Positions 24,701 to 36,773 of a stretch of 64,000 nucleotides of DNA are shown piece by piece. This DNA comes from Macrostomum lignano (taxonomy: Eukaryota): the NCBI GenBank assembly GCA_002269645.1, contig NIVC01000195.1, positions 434,001 to 498,000 of the forward strand, written 5' to 3'. The first letter of the stretch is position 1. The number at the start of each line of letters is the position of its first letter. The notes below the pieces were generated by a model that saw nothing but the letters and a program-made list of their open reading frames with translations, searched no databases and was not told the origin of the DNA. The position numbers and the translations under genes were made by a program.

Positions 24701-25837
24701 AAGTAACTCCAGACAATGACCTAAAGTAACTCCAGACAATGACCCAAAGAAACTCCAGACAATGACCCAAAGAAACTCCAGACAATGAATGACCCAAAGA
24801 AACTCCAGACAATGACCCAAAGAAACTCCAGACAATGAATGACCCAAAGAAACTCGAGACAATGAATGACCCAAAGTAACTCCAGACAATGACCCAAAGA
24901 AACTCCAGACAATGACCCAAAGAAACTCCAGACAATGACCCAAAGAAACTCCAGACAATGAATGACCCAAAGAAACTCGAGACAATGAATGACCCAAAGT
25001 AACTCCAGACAATGACCCAAAGAAACTCCAGACAATGACCCAAAGAAACTCCAGACAATGACCCAAAGAAACTCCAGACAATGACCCAAAGTAACTCCAG
25101 ACAATGACCCAAAGTAACTCCAGACAATGACCCAAAGTAACTCCAGACAATGACCCCAGCTAAACCCCTTCCCCGTCAAGCTCGTGACGGCCGCCTTCGA
25201 CGCCACGGCGCGGGTGTACGAGCCGCCGACCTACCGGCAGTTGGCGCTGGCGCGGTTCCCCTCGCCGGTGACGCAGGCGGCGGTGGCCGGCGAGCAGCAG
25301 CTGGCCACGGCGCACGCAGACCGGCAGCTGCGGCTGACCGACCTGGCCACCGGCCGGCTGCTGCGCCAGTTCGGCGCCCACCGGGACGCCGTGACCTGCC
25401 TGCACGCCAGCGGCGACCTGCTGGTGACGGGCACCCGGCGCGGCCGCCTGCACTTCTGGGACGCCCGGACCGGCCAGTGCGAGGCCGCCGTCCAGGCCGA
25501 CCCCGGCCGGGCCGCCCTGACCGTCCTGCGGCTGCGGCGCGGCAGCCTGTGGGCGGGGCACTCGGACGGCACCATCCGGGAGTGGCACGTGGCCAGCATG
25601 ACCTGCGTCCGCTCGCTGGCCGGCCACAAGGCAGCCGTGCGGGATCTGCAGGCCACGGCCAAGCGGGTGGCCTCCGTCTCCGAGGACGCCTTCGCGCGCA
25701 TCTGGGAGTTCCGGGTGCCGCCGCCATCGGCGCCAGAGAACGACCTGGTCCGCGCCCGGGTGCTGGACCAGAGTCACCAGCGCAGGGCGCAGCGGGCCAG
25801 GCGCAGTGTAGAGTCGTTGATGCCGAGTGACCAATAG
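18752..25837 (+). CDS. F-box/WD40 protein (FBXW7/Sel-10-like architecture), 10 coding exons
   Basis: Phase-consistent exons 18752-19858, 20282-20388, 20946-21268, 21549-21713, 22333-22429, 22952-23054, 23168-23227, 23857-23970, 24338-24631, 25181-25837. F-box LPDRTLLKIFSMLPVRDLLSCAQVSRHW; WD40 repeats such as GHLDAV..LVTGSRDMSVRIWD, GHKGGV..LATGSWDMSVMLWS, AHRDAV..LLVTGTRRGRLHFWD, GHKAAV..VASVSEDAFARIWE. Start codon and middle exons less certain. Confidence 0.85.
20367..20850 (+). repeat. 43-nt minisatellite built from the exon2/intron2 junction
   Basis: Unit ctggctgactgcatcatgcagag|gtgagttgcctgagtgagca; 11 donor copies at 20389 + 43n. Confidence 0.95.
22483..22580. repeat. (cccgaa)n-like microsatellite
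   Basis: Degenerate hexamer run in F-box gene intron 5. Confidence 0.8.
23270..23560. repeat. Intronic minisatellite (ctctcagcttcatcactcgcctacagaatctccttatcag)
   Basis: About 7 copies of a ~40-nt unit. Confidence 0.9.
23982..24320. repeat. (CAGT)n microsatellite with CAGG variants
   Basis: Fills F-box gene intron 8 almost completely. Confidence 0.97.
24640..25152. repeat. 23-nt minisatellite (gacaatgacccaaagaaactcca)
   Basis: Fills F-box gene intron 9. Confidence 0.95.
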
Positions 25838-26004
25838 CGACTCCCGCTGAGCACCGGACCGGCCACTGATTTTTAATAGAAGTGCGAGGAGCCTTTGGTA
25901 GACGATTGCCGGCTGCCGGAGTTTATTGCAGCCACACTTGATTTTGTACGGATCCTTGAAAGCCTGCAAGCGGCCACCAGGCTGGATGCCCGTCAAAACT
26001 AGGA

Positions 26005-26150
26005 TGGGCCTAGTTGCTAGGCAATTAAGGGGAATCAGAGCCCTGTTGCTAGGCAATTAAGGGGAATCAGAGCCCTGTTGCTAGGCAATTAAGGGGAATC
26101 AGAGCCCTGTTGCTAGGCAATGAAGGGGAATCGGAGCCCTGTTGCTAGGG
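26005..26150. repeat. 32-nt minisatellite containing gttgctaggcaat
   Basis: About 4 copies of ccctgttgctaggcaattaaggggaatcagag downstream of the F-box stop. Confidence 0.85.
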
Positions 26151-26924
26151 CATCGGGGGAATCACAGTCTAGCATTTGCAAAGCAGCAGGGTGTTTGAAA
26201 TCGGCCTTCAAATTTTGGGGCCCGAACGTGTAATAACAAACCCAAAAAGGCTTTCCTACAAAGCAGTGGTGAAAATTGCAAGCTTTTAAGGACCCAATTG
26301 GCAAAGCTGACTGACAAGCTTTGTAAATTTCAATCCATGTACGCTGGCCGAGTGCCTCATCTATTTTGAACCTCGAGATGAGTCTACAGTATTCGCCAAT
26401 GGATGCACATGTTATTTTACTAATTTGGACTACTAATAATACATGAAGTACATGACCGTTCTCCGTTTCATAAGACGATCAATAAACTGTAGAATGCACA
26501 CAATTCGCACTACTGAAATCAGAATGAACAGTAGTTCAGTGCGAATATTTATGCTTAATCAGAACTTTATTAAACATTTTAATATCGACTCGGCCCTTAT
26601 CTGCAATCTGAATAGCCATGCAAGTTCGAAAGTTCGCAGGTAGCCGGTTGCAGCGGGACCTGTGAAACCGGTTGTACCGCACAGGTCGAGCTGATAAGCA
26701 AAGCAGCCTTTGTACATTCTGAGCACACGGAGTCACCTGCAATCTGCATGCTTATTTTATATTCCATGCGAATCGGGCCGGCCACATGCGATTTGAGCCG
26801 CTCTGGTATCTGCGCATACAGAATGGGACTGGGCACCAGTCCAAAGCCCTCAAGCTTGAGAAATTTGCGGTGCACAGACAGGCAAATCATCTATTTGAAT
26901 TGGGCTAATCATGTGCGTATTCAG

Positions 26925-27270
26925 GCCCATGCCACAGGTGGGCACAGTGGAATTCAGTCCCATGCCACAGGTGGGCACAGTGGAATTCAGTCCCATGCCA
27001 CAGGTGGGCACAGTGGAATTCAGTCCCATGCCACAGGTGGGCACAGTGGAATTCAGTCCCATGCCACAGGTGGGCACAGTGGAATTCAGTCCCATGCCAC
27101 AGGTGGGCACAGTGGAATTCAGTCCCATGCCACAGGTGGGCACAGTGGAATTCAGTCCCATGCCACAGGTGGGCACAGTGGAATTCAGTCCCATGCCACA
27201 GGTGGGCACAGTGGAATTCAGTCCCATGCCACAGGTGGGCACAGTGGAATTCAGTCCCATGCCACAGGTG
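26925..27270. repeat. 33-nt minisatellite (attcagtcccatgccacaggtgggcacagtgga)
   Basis: About 10 near-identical copies. Confidence 0.95.
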
Positions 27271-27321
27271 GGCCCAGAGTGGAGCAGAGCTACATTACAG
27301 ACAGGCGGTCCCGCACACATC

Positions 27322-27885
27322 TGGCACTGAGGTCACACAGCTGGCACTGAGGTCACAGCTGGCACTGAGGTCACACAGCTGGCACTGAGGTCACAGCTGG
27401 CACTGAGGTCACACAGCTGGCACTGAGGTCACACAGCTGGCACTGAGGTCACACAGCTGGCACTGAGGTCACACAGCAGGCACTGAGGTCACACAGCTGG
27501 CACTGAGGTCACACAGCAGGCACTGAGGTCACACAGCAGGCACTGAGGTCACACAGCTGGCACTGAGGTCACACAGCTGGCACTGAGGTCACACAGCAGG
27601 CACTGAGGTCACACAGCAGGCACTGAGGTCACACAGCTGGCACTGAGGTCACACAGCAGGCACTGAGGTCACACAGCTGGCACTGAGGTCACACAGCAGG
27701 CACTGAGGTCACACAGCAGGCACTGAGGTCACACAGCTGGCACTGAGGTCACACAGCTGGCACTGAGGTCACACAGCTGGCACTGAGGTCACACAGCTGG
27801 CACTGAGGTCACACAGCAGGCACTGAGGTCACACAGCAGGCACTGAGGTCAAACAGCTGGCATTAAGGTCACACAGCAGGCACTC
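27322..27885. repeat. 20-nt minisatellite (gcactgaggtcacacagctg)
   Basis: About 28 copies. Confidence 0.95.
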
Positions 27886-28354
27886 CTATTACGAGAAGGG
27901 GCTGCGTAAATGACGAAGCGCTGTGAAGCCGCCAACAATTGGAGTAGCGAAGAGAGAAAATAGTTGTCAGTTTAATTAATTTTTGTACTGAAAAAATTGG
28001 ATAATTTGTTTAAATAAACAGATTTGCAGGGGGCAGAGGACAAGGTGGCGGGTGAATCGCTTTGATCGAATCTGTCTCTTTAATTGGCAGGTGGCTGCAG
28101 TCAGCCGAAATAATAACGCACAGAGCGGCCGATCGGGAACTACTTCAGAAATAATGAGGGCAGCGAATACAAAACTGAGGGGGGGCCTGCATGCAGTCCC
28201 AGCAGATAGCTGGAGATCTGCAGGTGGCAGCGCTGGGGGCGCAGCAGGGAATGGCAGAGCGCGCTACGCCGGAATAAAAAGAGGTGAATTACGCACTGGG
28301 TTAGTGAGCACGCTTTGCTGGTTTATCTTCATCACAGCCTGGCAGGGCTGAGCA

Positions 28355-28990
28355 CTGCCTAGCAACCGGTAAATCTATAACTAGATATTGACAACCCAAC
28401 TCTGCTGTGGTTGCCTAGCAACCGGCATTTCTATAACTAGATATTGACAACCCAACTCTGCTGTGGTTGCCTAGCAACCGGCATTTCTATAACTAGATAT
28501 TGACAACCCAACTCTGCTTTTGTTGCCTAGCAACCGGTAAATCTATAACTGGATATTGACCACCCAACTCTGTCGTGGTTGCCTAGCAACCGGTAAATCT
28601 ATAACTAGATATTGACAACCCAACTCTGCTGTGGTTGCCTAGCAACCGGTAAATCTATAACTGGATATTGACCACCCAACTCTGTCGTGGTTGCCTAGCA
28701 ACCGGTAAATCTATAACTAGATATTGACAACCCAACTCTGCTTTTGTTGCCTAGCAACCGGTAAATCTATAACTGGATATTGACCACCCAACTCTGTCGT
28801 GGTTGCCTAGCAACCGGTAAATCTATAACTAGATATTGACAACCCAACTCTGCTTTTGTTGCCTAGCAACCGGTAAATCTATAACTGGATATTGACCACC
28901 CAACTCTGTCGTGGTTGCCTAGCAACCGGTAAATCTATAACTAGATATTGACAACCCAACTCTGCTGTTGCCTAGCAACCGGTAAATCTA
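28355..28990. repeat. ~56-nt minisatellite carrying the X-box palindrome GTTGCCTAGCAAC
   Basis: About 12 copies of gttgcctagcaaccggtaaatctataactagatattgacaacccaactctg... Confidence 0.93.
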
Positions 28991-29326
28991 TAACACTATT
29001 GTGGTTGCATAGCAACTTGCATTTCTACGGGATGCAGCGCTACGCAACCAGCGCTGAAAATAGAGAAAAATCTCTGCTATGCTACTGAGTTCGCGAGTAA
29101 ACAGAAGCTGGCCGTCTCCATGGAAGAAATTCGTTGCTACGGTGCATCTACAAAAAACCGAGTTATTAGAAAAAGCGATACAGAAAACGCATCGAGTCAG
29201 ACGGGCAGAGTGGCGGATGAGGTGTTTAAACAATTCGCACAGTGCAGGGCGGCAGTTTCCCAACCGTGTCACAGAAAGTTCATCAAAGCCGCAGACAGAA
29301 GCACCGACAGGCCGGGAGTGGCCGCC

Positions 29327-32300
29327 TCACACGCTCTGGTAGCCGCTGCCGGCGCTGTGCCGCCGCCTGCCGATCAGGTAGGCGATGAGCACGATGATCA
29401 CCAGGCCAGCCAGGGCCGCGCCGACTACAATTGGCACCACGTTGTCGATGGGCGTGTCGTCCAGGCACTGCTCCATGGAGCCCGCGAACTCAGCCGAGCT
29501 GTTGTCCGTGCGGAATGCCTGCGGGTGCGATGTGGAGTGCTCACTCACTGGTATGGGTGTGATGCGGAGTGACACTCACTGGTATGGGGTGATGCGGAGT
29601 GAAACTCACTGGTATGGGTGCGATGCGGAGTGAAACTCACTGGTATGGGTGTGATGCGGAGTGACACTCACTGGTATGGGTGTGATGCGGAGTGACACTC
29701 ACTGGTATGGGTGTGATGCGGAGTGAAACTCACTGGTATGGGTGTGATGCGGAGTGACACTCACTGGTATGGGTGTGATGCGGAGTGACACTCACTGGTA
29801 TGGGTGCGATGCGGAGTGACACTCACTGGTATGGGTGTGATGCGGAGTGAAACTCACTGGTATGGGTGTGATGCGGAGTGACACTCACTGGTATGGGTGT
29901 GATGCGGAGTGACACTCACTGGTATGGGTGTGATGCGGAGTGACACTCACTGGTATGGGTGCGATGCGGAGTGACACTCACTGGTATGGGTGTGATGCGG
30001 AGTGAAACTCACTGGTATGGGTGTGATGCGGAGTGACACTCACTGGTATGGGTGTGATGCGGAGTGACACTCACTGGTATGGGTGTGATGCGGAGTGAAA
30101 CTCACTGGTATGGGTGTGATGCGGAGTGACACTCACTGGTATGGGTGTGATGCGGAGTGACACTCACTGGTATGGGTGTGATGCGGAGTGACACTCACTG
30201 GTATGGGTGCGATGCGGAGTGACACTCACTGGTATGGGTGTGATGCGGAGTGAAACTCACTGGTATGGGTGTGATGCGGAGTGAAACTCACTGGTATGGG
30301 TGTGATGCGGAGTGCTCACTCACTGGTATGGGTGTGATGCGGAGTGAAACTCACTGGTATGGGTGTGATGCGGAGTGCTCACTCACTGGTAGGGGTGCGA
30401 TAAAGGGCAGAGCAGTTCAGTGGTAAACGCGTCTCCTGCGCCACGACCCCCGGTTCGAATCCGTGCGCTGCCACACTAATTTGGAGCTTGTGTGCACGGA
30501 ATTGGCCAGGTGGGATGTCATGCGATTCACACCTATGAGGGCCAACTCCCAAGGCACAGAGTGTGCATGAGTGTACATACATAAAATCTCAGGCTGCTGT
30601 ACACCCTGAGTGAGCGTGTGCATGAGTGTACATACATAAAATCTCAGGCTGCTGTACACCCTGAGTGAGCATGTGCATGAGTGCGCACCCATCGGCGTGA
30701 ATTTGTGCTCGTGCTCGGGAGTGAGCGGAATGGGCAGAATTGCCGTCACCGCAGGCTGTGGGACGCGCCAGGCTGCCCACAGCCCTCCTGAGAATATTCT
30801 TCATGGGCGCGATGCGGAGTGCTCACTCACTGGTAAGTAGATTTGAGAATGCTCAGCAACCCAGAAATAAGCAACCACTAAGAGTTTATCAAACAGCCTA
30901 AAACTGCCAAGTTTCGGCAGCAAAGTTCAATTCAAGACTGGCAGAGCAGCTGGCGCAGCCCAGCTACAGGTACCTGGGTCAGCAAGAGAGGTACCCAGAA
31001 TAGCACTGCTAACTCGCCCCCAGGTGGCATTTAGAAAAACATACCTGGGCGCGCAAATCCCTGGTTTCCATGGTAACAAAGTTATCCAGACGCAGGGTCT
31101 CGGCGGAGCGGCAGCTGTAGTAGGCGGTGCCGGAGGCCACGGAGAAGTAGGTGCCGTTGCCGAAGGCGCTGCGGTTGGCGTTGGGCTCGGCAGCGTTGGG
31201 GAACAGGGCGGGGCTGAGCCGGTAGTCCGCGGCTAGGTGCTGCAGCGCGTAGCCGCTGGCCTTCTTGACGAAGATCAGGTCGCTGCGCCAGCCCTGCATG
31301 AAGCTGAGCTGGACGGTCTGGCTGGAGTTGCCGCAGTCCCCGCTGGCCTTGGTGTCGGCAGGCAGGGCGACCTTCACGGTGGCGTTGCCGCCAGACTTCA
31401 GCCGATACAGGATGGACAGGGAGGCACGCAGCTGCAGGCGCAGGCAGGGCACCCGGGCGGAGTTGAACACGGTGACGTTGAGCAGCGGCGGCTCCGGCGA
31501 GGCGCTGGCGATGGGAATAGAAAGTGCAACTTGTACTTTAAAAAGACCAGATTAGGACCATTAGGACCATCATTTTCATGAACTGGAAATCCAGCGGGCC
31601 ATTCATTTTGCTATTCTGGCCGCAAAGCACTGCAGCCATTTGGCAATTCCGACGAATCTTATGGAGTTTTGATATTTACAAAACGGACATAAGGCAGCAT
31701 GCACTAACCTCTGCCAAATTAATCCCATCGGATGATTGCTCAATGATTCCCGACTCATTCCCGAATCCCATTGGAAAATTGCTCAATGGTTCCCGAATCC
31801 TATTGGAAAATTGCTCAATGGTGCCCGAATCCCATTGGAAAATTGCTCAATGGTTCCCGAATCCCATTGGAAAATTGCTCAATGGTTCCCGAATCCCATT
31901 GGAAAATTGCTCAATGGTTCCCGAATCCCATTGGAAAATTGCTCAATGGTTCCCGAATCCTATTGGAAAATTGCTCAATGGTTCCCGAATCCCATTGGAA
32001 AATTGCTCAATGGTTCCCGAATCCCATTGGAAAATTGCTCAATGGTTCCCGAATCCCATTGGAAAATTGCTCAATGGTTCCCGAATCCCATTGGAAAATT
32101 GCTCAATGGTTCCCGAATCCCATCGGATTGGTGGCCCAAACACGGAAGCAAGCACACGCAGGCCTGCTAATAAGCTGATGAATGAGCAATGCCTTGAAAA
32201 TACTTTCTATTAATTACAAAAGGTCCCAGAACTCACGTGGTGGGCACAGCCGAGGTCGGTGGTGCGGCGGTGCTGGTGCCGTTAGTCGGCGCAGCGGTGT

Positions 32301-33959
32301 CAGTTGAAGCGGTCGTGGAGTCAGACGGCGCAGCGGTAGTGTCAGACGGCGCAGCGGTAGTGTCAGACGGCGCAGCGGTAGTGTTAGACGGCGCAGCGGT
32401 AGTGTCAGACGGCGCAGTGGTAGTGTCAGACGGCGCAGCGGTAGTGTTAGACGGCGCAGTGGTAGAGTCTGACGGCACCGAAGACCTGGCGTCCAGTGCG
32501 CAGGTGGCGAACTTGGCGCTCAAGGAGCCGTTGCGGACGCCGAAGGCCTGGATCTTGGTGGCGGAGAGGACGAGGGCGCTGCCGCCGGGCTGGCCAAACG
32601 GCAGGCGCAGCTCCGAGGCGCAGGCGAAGTGCTCAGTGTCGGCGGACAGAGGCAGCTTGGGGCTGGCGGTCAGCAGGAGGCCGCCGGTGCTGTTGGGGCT
32701 GAGGAAGCGGCTGCCGTTCTGCACAGTGACGAACAGCTCGATGCCGGCCAGGGACGCCTTGCCGCCGGAGCTGGCGAAGCTCATGTGCACCCAGTAATCG
32801 GCGAAGGTGAGGTTTAGGCTGGCCTGGCCCTTGGTCTCCGACTCGCACTGGCCGCTTATCGCAGCGGCCTCGCCCAGGGGCCACGTGGCAACCAGCTGGA
32901 GGGTGGGTGGGATTAAACAGTGAGCAGGCGAAGATCAAATGGGATCACAGGTGAGGACTAAATGGAGGGCAGGAAGATGGGATCACAGATGAGGACTAAA
33001 TGGTGGGCAGGGCAGATGGGATCACAGGTGAGGACTAAATAGTGGGCAGGGAGATGTGATTACAGGTGAGGACTAAATAATGGGCAGGCAGATGGGATCA
33101 CAGCCTCACAGGTGAGGACTAAATGGAGGGCAGGCAGATGGGATCACAGATGAGGACTAAATGGTGGGCAGCAGATGGGATCACAGGTGAGGACTAAATG
33201 GTGGGCAGCAGATGGGATCACAGGTGAGGACTAAATGGAGGGCAGGCAGATGGGATCACAGGTGAGGACTAAATGGAGGGCAGCAGATGGGATCACAGGT
33301 GAGGACTAAATGGTGGGCAGCAGATGGGATCACAGGTGAGGACTAAATGGTGGGCAGCAGATGGGATCACAGGTGAGGACTAAATGGTGGGCAGGCAGAT
33401 GGGATCACAGGTGAGGACTAAATGGTGGGCAGCAGATGGGATCACAGGTGAGGACTAAATGGTGGGCAGCAGATGGGATCACAGGTGAGGACTAAATGGT
33501 GGGCAGCAGATGGGATCACAGGTGAGGACTAAATGGTGGGCAGCAGATGGGATCACAGGTGAGGACTAAATGGTGGGCAGCAGATGGGATCACAGGTGAG
33601 GACTAAATGGTGGGCAGCAGATGGGATCACAGGTGAGGACTAAATGGTGGGCAGCAGATGGGATCACAGGTGAGGACTAAATGGAGGGCAGGCAGATGGG
33701 ATCACAGGTGAGGACTAAATGGTGGGCAGCAGATGGGATCACAGGTGAGGACTGGCAGGGCAGGTGAGGACTAAAGAACAAAAGAGAACATTGGTAAAAA
33801 CTAATTAGAAGAAGCAATAGGAAAAATAGTTGTTATAGCAAACCTTTTGCCTATTGGAGTTGGTGTAACTGACAGAAGCAGTGGCAGTTGTCTCAACAAT
33901 CAGACAGGTAGTGTTATCCTTACTCAACTTATATGTGACAGCGCTGCACCCATGTAGGC
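29327..33959 (-). CDS. LAMP-family lysosome-associated membrane glycoprotein (5' signal-peptide exon not located)
   Basis: Phase-consistent exons 33959-33844 (KDNTTCLIVE), 32895-32237 (LAMP domain plus Thr/Ser/Pro hinge PSDTTAA repeats), 31504-31045 (PCLRLQL, GDCG, YSCRSAETL), 29518-29327 (EQCLDD-PIVVGAALAGLVIIVLIAYLIGRRR-GYQSV*). TM helix plus GYxxV lysosomal sorting tail; many NxS/T sites. Confidence 0.9.
29540..30390. repeat. 31-nt minisatellite in the last LAMP intron (ctcactggtatgggtgtgatgcggagtgaca)
   Basis: About 27 copies; one isolated extra copy near 30810. Confidence 0.95.
30406..30473 (+). mobile_element. tRNA-derived SINE head / degenerate tRNA pseudogene
   Basis: GGCAGAG...CGCTGCCA acceptor-like stem (6/7), A-box-like AGTTCAGTGGTAAAC, B box GGTTCGAATCC; anticodon arm does not pair. 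Confidence 0.6.
31745..32122. repeat. 32-nt minisatellite (cccgaatcccattggaaaattgctcaatggtt)
   Basis: About 12 copies in a LAMP intron. Confidence 0.95.
32940..33765. repeat. ~37-nt minisatellite (ggtgggcagcagatgggatcacaggtgaggactaaat)
   Basis: About 22 copies filling a LAMP intron. Confidence 0.95.
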
Positions 33960-35594
33960 CTGTGAAAAAGTACAAGAACACAAATTGCTTAATCTATTAA
34001 AGGTTTAGTTATAAAAAGTGCACGAAAGTGAAAGCTACATTGCTAGCATATAACAATCTATTTTATTAACTTGATAATTTTATTTAAAAGCATACTGTAA
34101 CCAAGGTAAAAAATCTGCTAGGCTCCCTATGTGTACTAAAACAACCCTCTCCTAATGAACTATATTCTGGTTATGACATACAATATTTTATTTGCACTTA
34201 ATCAAGAATGAATTTCAAAGGTTTGAAGACAATCAAATACCATCCTAATCAAATATCTATATACATGTCAAAAGACCATTTGGATATAATAAGCTCAAGC
34301 ATTATTGGAAAGTTGCTTAAATGCATTAAAGCAAATCCTTTTCTTTGCTATGGATGCTTGAGCCTTGGAATGCTAATGTGCCAAGACATTTGATAAACCT
34401 TGGTATTTATTGACTATATCAAATTTTTTAATATATATGCATAGTTTTCTTTGTGTGCAATATATAAATAGATACTATCAATATATTTACTTGAGCTGCT
34501 GCATATACATGTACATTAAGGGTAGCCCATCAACTCAAAAATAAAAAAAATTGAAAATGTCAAATTTGTCATTTTATCACAAAGTCCAATATAAATTAAA
34601 TTTAATAAGAAATAGCTTGTATACTATTTAAAAGAATAAAACATAGTTTAATTTAATTTAATAAGTAATATAATAAAAAAGCACAGTAAAAGTTAATACT
34701 ATACTATAGTACAGTACTATAGTACTACACTACTTAAGTACTACTTAAGATAATTTCAGTGACATGGGTAGTATATATATCATATATGTACACCTTTTGC
34801 CAGATTGATTGCCTATTGCCACTTTAATTGTCATTGGAATGTCTTGTTGCCAATGACTGGTTCCCCCTATGCTTAGCTTCTCATTTATTATCACACTATA
34901 TAGTATAAGAACTTCCATGCTTGACAAATAGTAGCTTCACTCTGGCACCTTCTTCCTACAAGACTTTTAAGACCTACTATGTATAAGATATAAGATAACA
35001 AAGTCTATCAAAATATTTTTTGAGAATAACTACATGATTAGCTCATTGCAAAATCTGTTTATTTATGAAAACAAGGCATATAGATATATTTACTACATTT
35101 ATCTATGCTAGTCAAACAAAATTTTTTCTGTCTAAAATAAAATGTAGAAGGGTCTATTTTATTCTACGAAATTATTATTATTCTTAAGAGTTAAATTCCC
35201 ACCAAATAACAAATACTGTATATTTTTGTTTTAATGCATTATTTTGTTTTAAACATAGAAATTTTGTTTTAGTAGGGCAAAATAATTTTATTTTAGTTAA
35301 TTATTGTTTAAATGCATGATACACAAACCAATAGGACAAGACTTTGTCTACTATAAATTCAAGGCCAAATAGAACATTTCTTAAACCTTTTCTTAGGCCA
35401 GGATAGAATTCTTGCACAAAAATTTCAATGCGTTATTGCATTCAAGAAAAAAATTACGAAAAATTGTGTAGCATAGAAAAAGTTGCACACCTGTACAGGC
35501 TGCAAAAATGTGACAAAAATTGCAAATTATTTTGCAACTGCTTGCACAGTTTAAATTACTGACTTTACTGTATTAAATGTAGAATTACTATAAA

Positions 35595-36773
35595 GGCTCA
35601 TTCCATATAAGCACGGTCGTAACATGACAGACTATTTTTACTTATAAAATGAAATATAATAATAGAATATACTAAAACAATATTTAAATGAAAGATAATT
35701 TTGTCAAGAATATTTTTATAGAGTTTCATGTAGATATCATCATTAGTATAGATGCTATTAAACCTTGAATGGCACTTATGGTCGTAACAACAGGATTTTT
35801 GACATATAGAAACTAAAAGGTAAAAGTCTTATAACATTTTTTATTTTTGATATTTTGCAATACATTTTTTAAAATTTGACTAACAACATCTTCAGTAATC
35901 ATACTCTTTTTGTAGAATATATAAACTCAAAAGGCAACAAAGATACAAAAGAAAAGGCAGCCTTATGGTCGTAACATTATGGTCGTAACATATTTTTTTC
36001 TGTCAATTCAGTAACTTTGAGGTACCAATATATTAAAAATATAATAGATTATTTGGTCACCAATACTTTTATCTGATGATGCAAGTACTATACTTTTATC
36101 TATAGTTTGTTTCAACCTTCCAAAGTTTTCTATTTGTTTTTAAAAGGTACACAAACTTAATGATGTCTTTTGCTTAGAAAAATGTCCAAATTTTTACAAA
36201 AATGACTTTTTGCCACTTGATAACATACTAATCCAACATTTTATCATTTATTTATTCTTAGATTGTAGATATTACACGTAAAAAAACATTTGGTAAAAAA
36301 ATTGGCTGATAAGGCAATGGCAAGCAAAAATATTGACTTTTTTCTATTTTCCAAAAATGTTCATCTTAGTGTAGATTGGCTGACCAATCGCTGTTAGCGG
36401 GGCCGGGGGGCTTGTCGTCGCCCGTGTTTGGGGGTGCTTGGTCCGGGGGTGGGTGCGCCGCCCCTGGGGCGGGGGTGGGTGTCTGTGGGGCCTTTTTAGC
36501 CCCATGCGTTGTGCCCGCCTCAGCCTATCTCTCCTCGCCAGCTTGCATGCGTTTTTTTCTGCTTTTAGCCCTCTTTCTTGCAATTCCTGCAACTTCTTTT
36601 TTTCCTTTCGCTTTGTTTACCCTTTACTCTTCCAAATAGTTTTTTCGAATGCTTTCCAAATATACTCGTGTCTCTTAAGTTGCCCATACAGGGCGGTAGG
36701 ATGTTTTGCTCGTGCTCTCCAATCCTTGCCTTTGTTCTCTCCCTCCGGCCATTCCGCTAATATGGAATGAGCC
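35595..36773. mobile_element. Non-autonomous TIR DNA transposon with 4-bp TSD TAAA
   Basis: TIR GGCTCATTCCATAT...ATATGGAATGAGCC; taaa on both flanks (35591-35594, 36774-36777); internal repeated motif GGTCGTAACA x4; no recognisable transposase. Confidence 0.75.

Noticed and set aside
31066-31079. Perfect X-box GTTTCCATGGTAAC
   Set aside because: Lies in LAMP coding sequence (FVTMET); likely coincidental.
20367-33765. Regular arrays that could be mistaken for CRISPR
   Set aside because: Units are contiguous with no unique spacers, there are no cas genes, and the DNA is eukaryotic.
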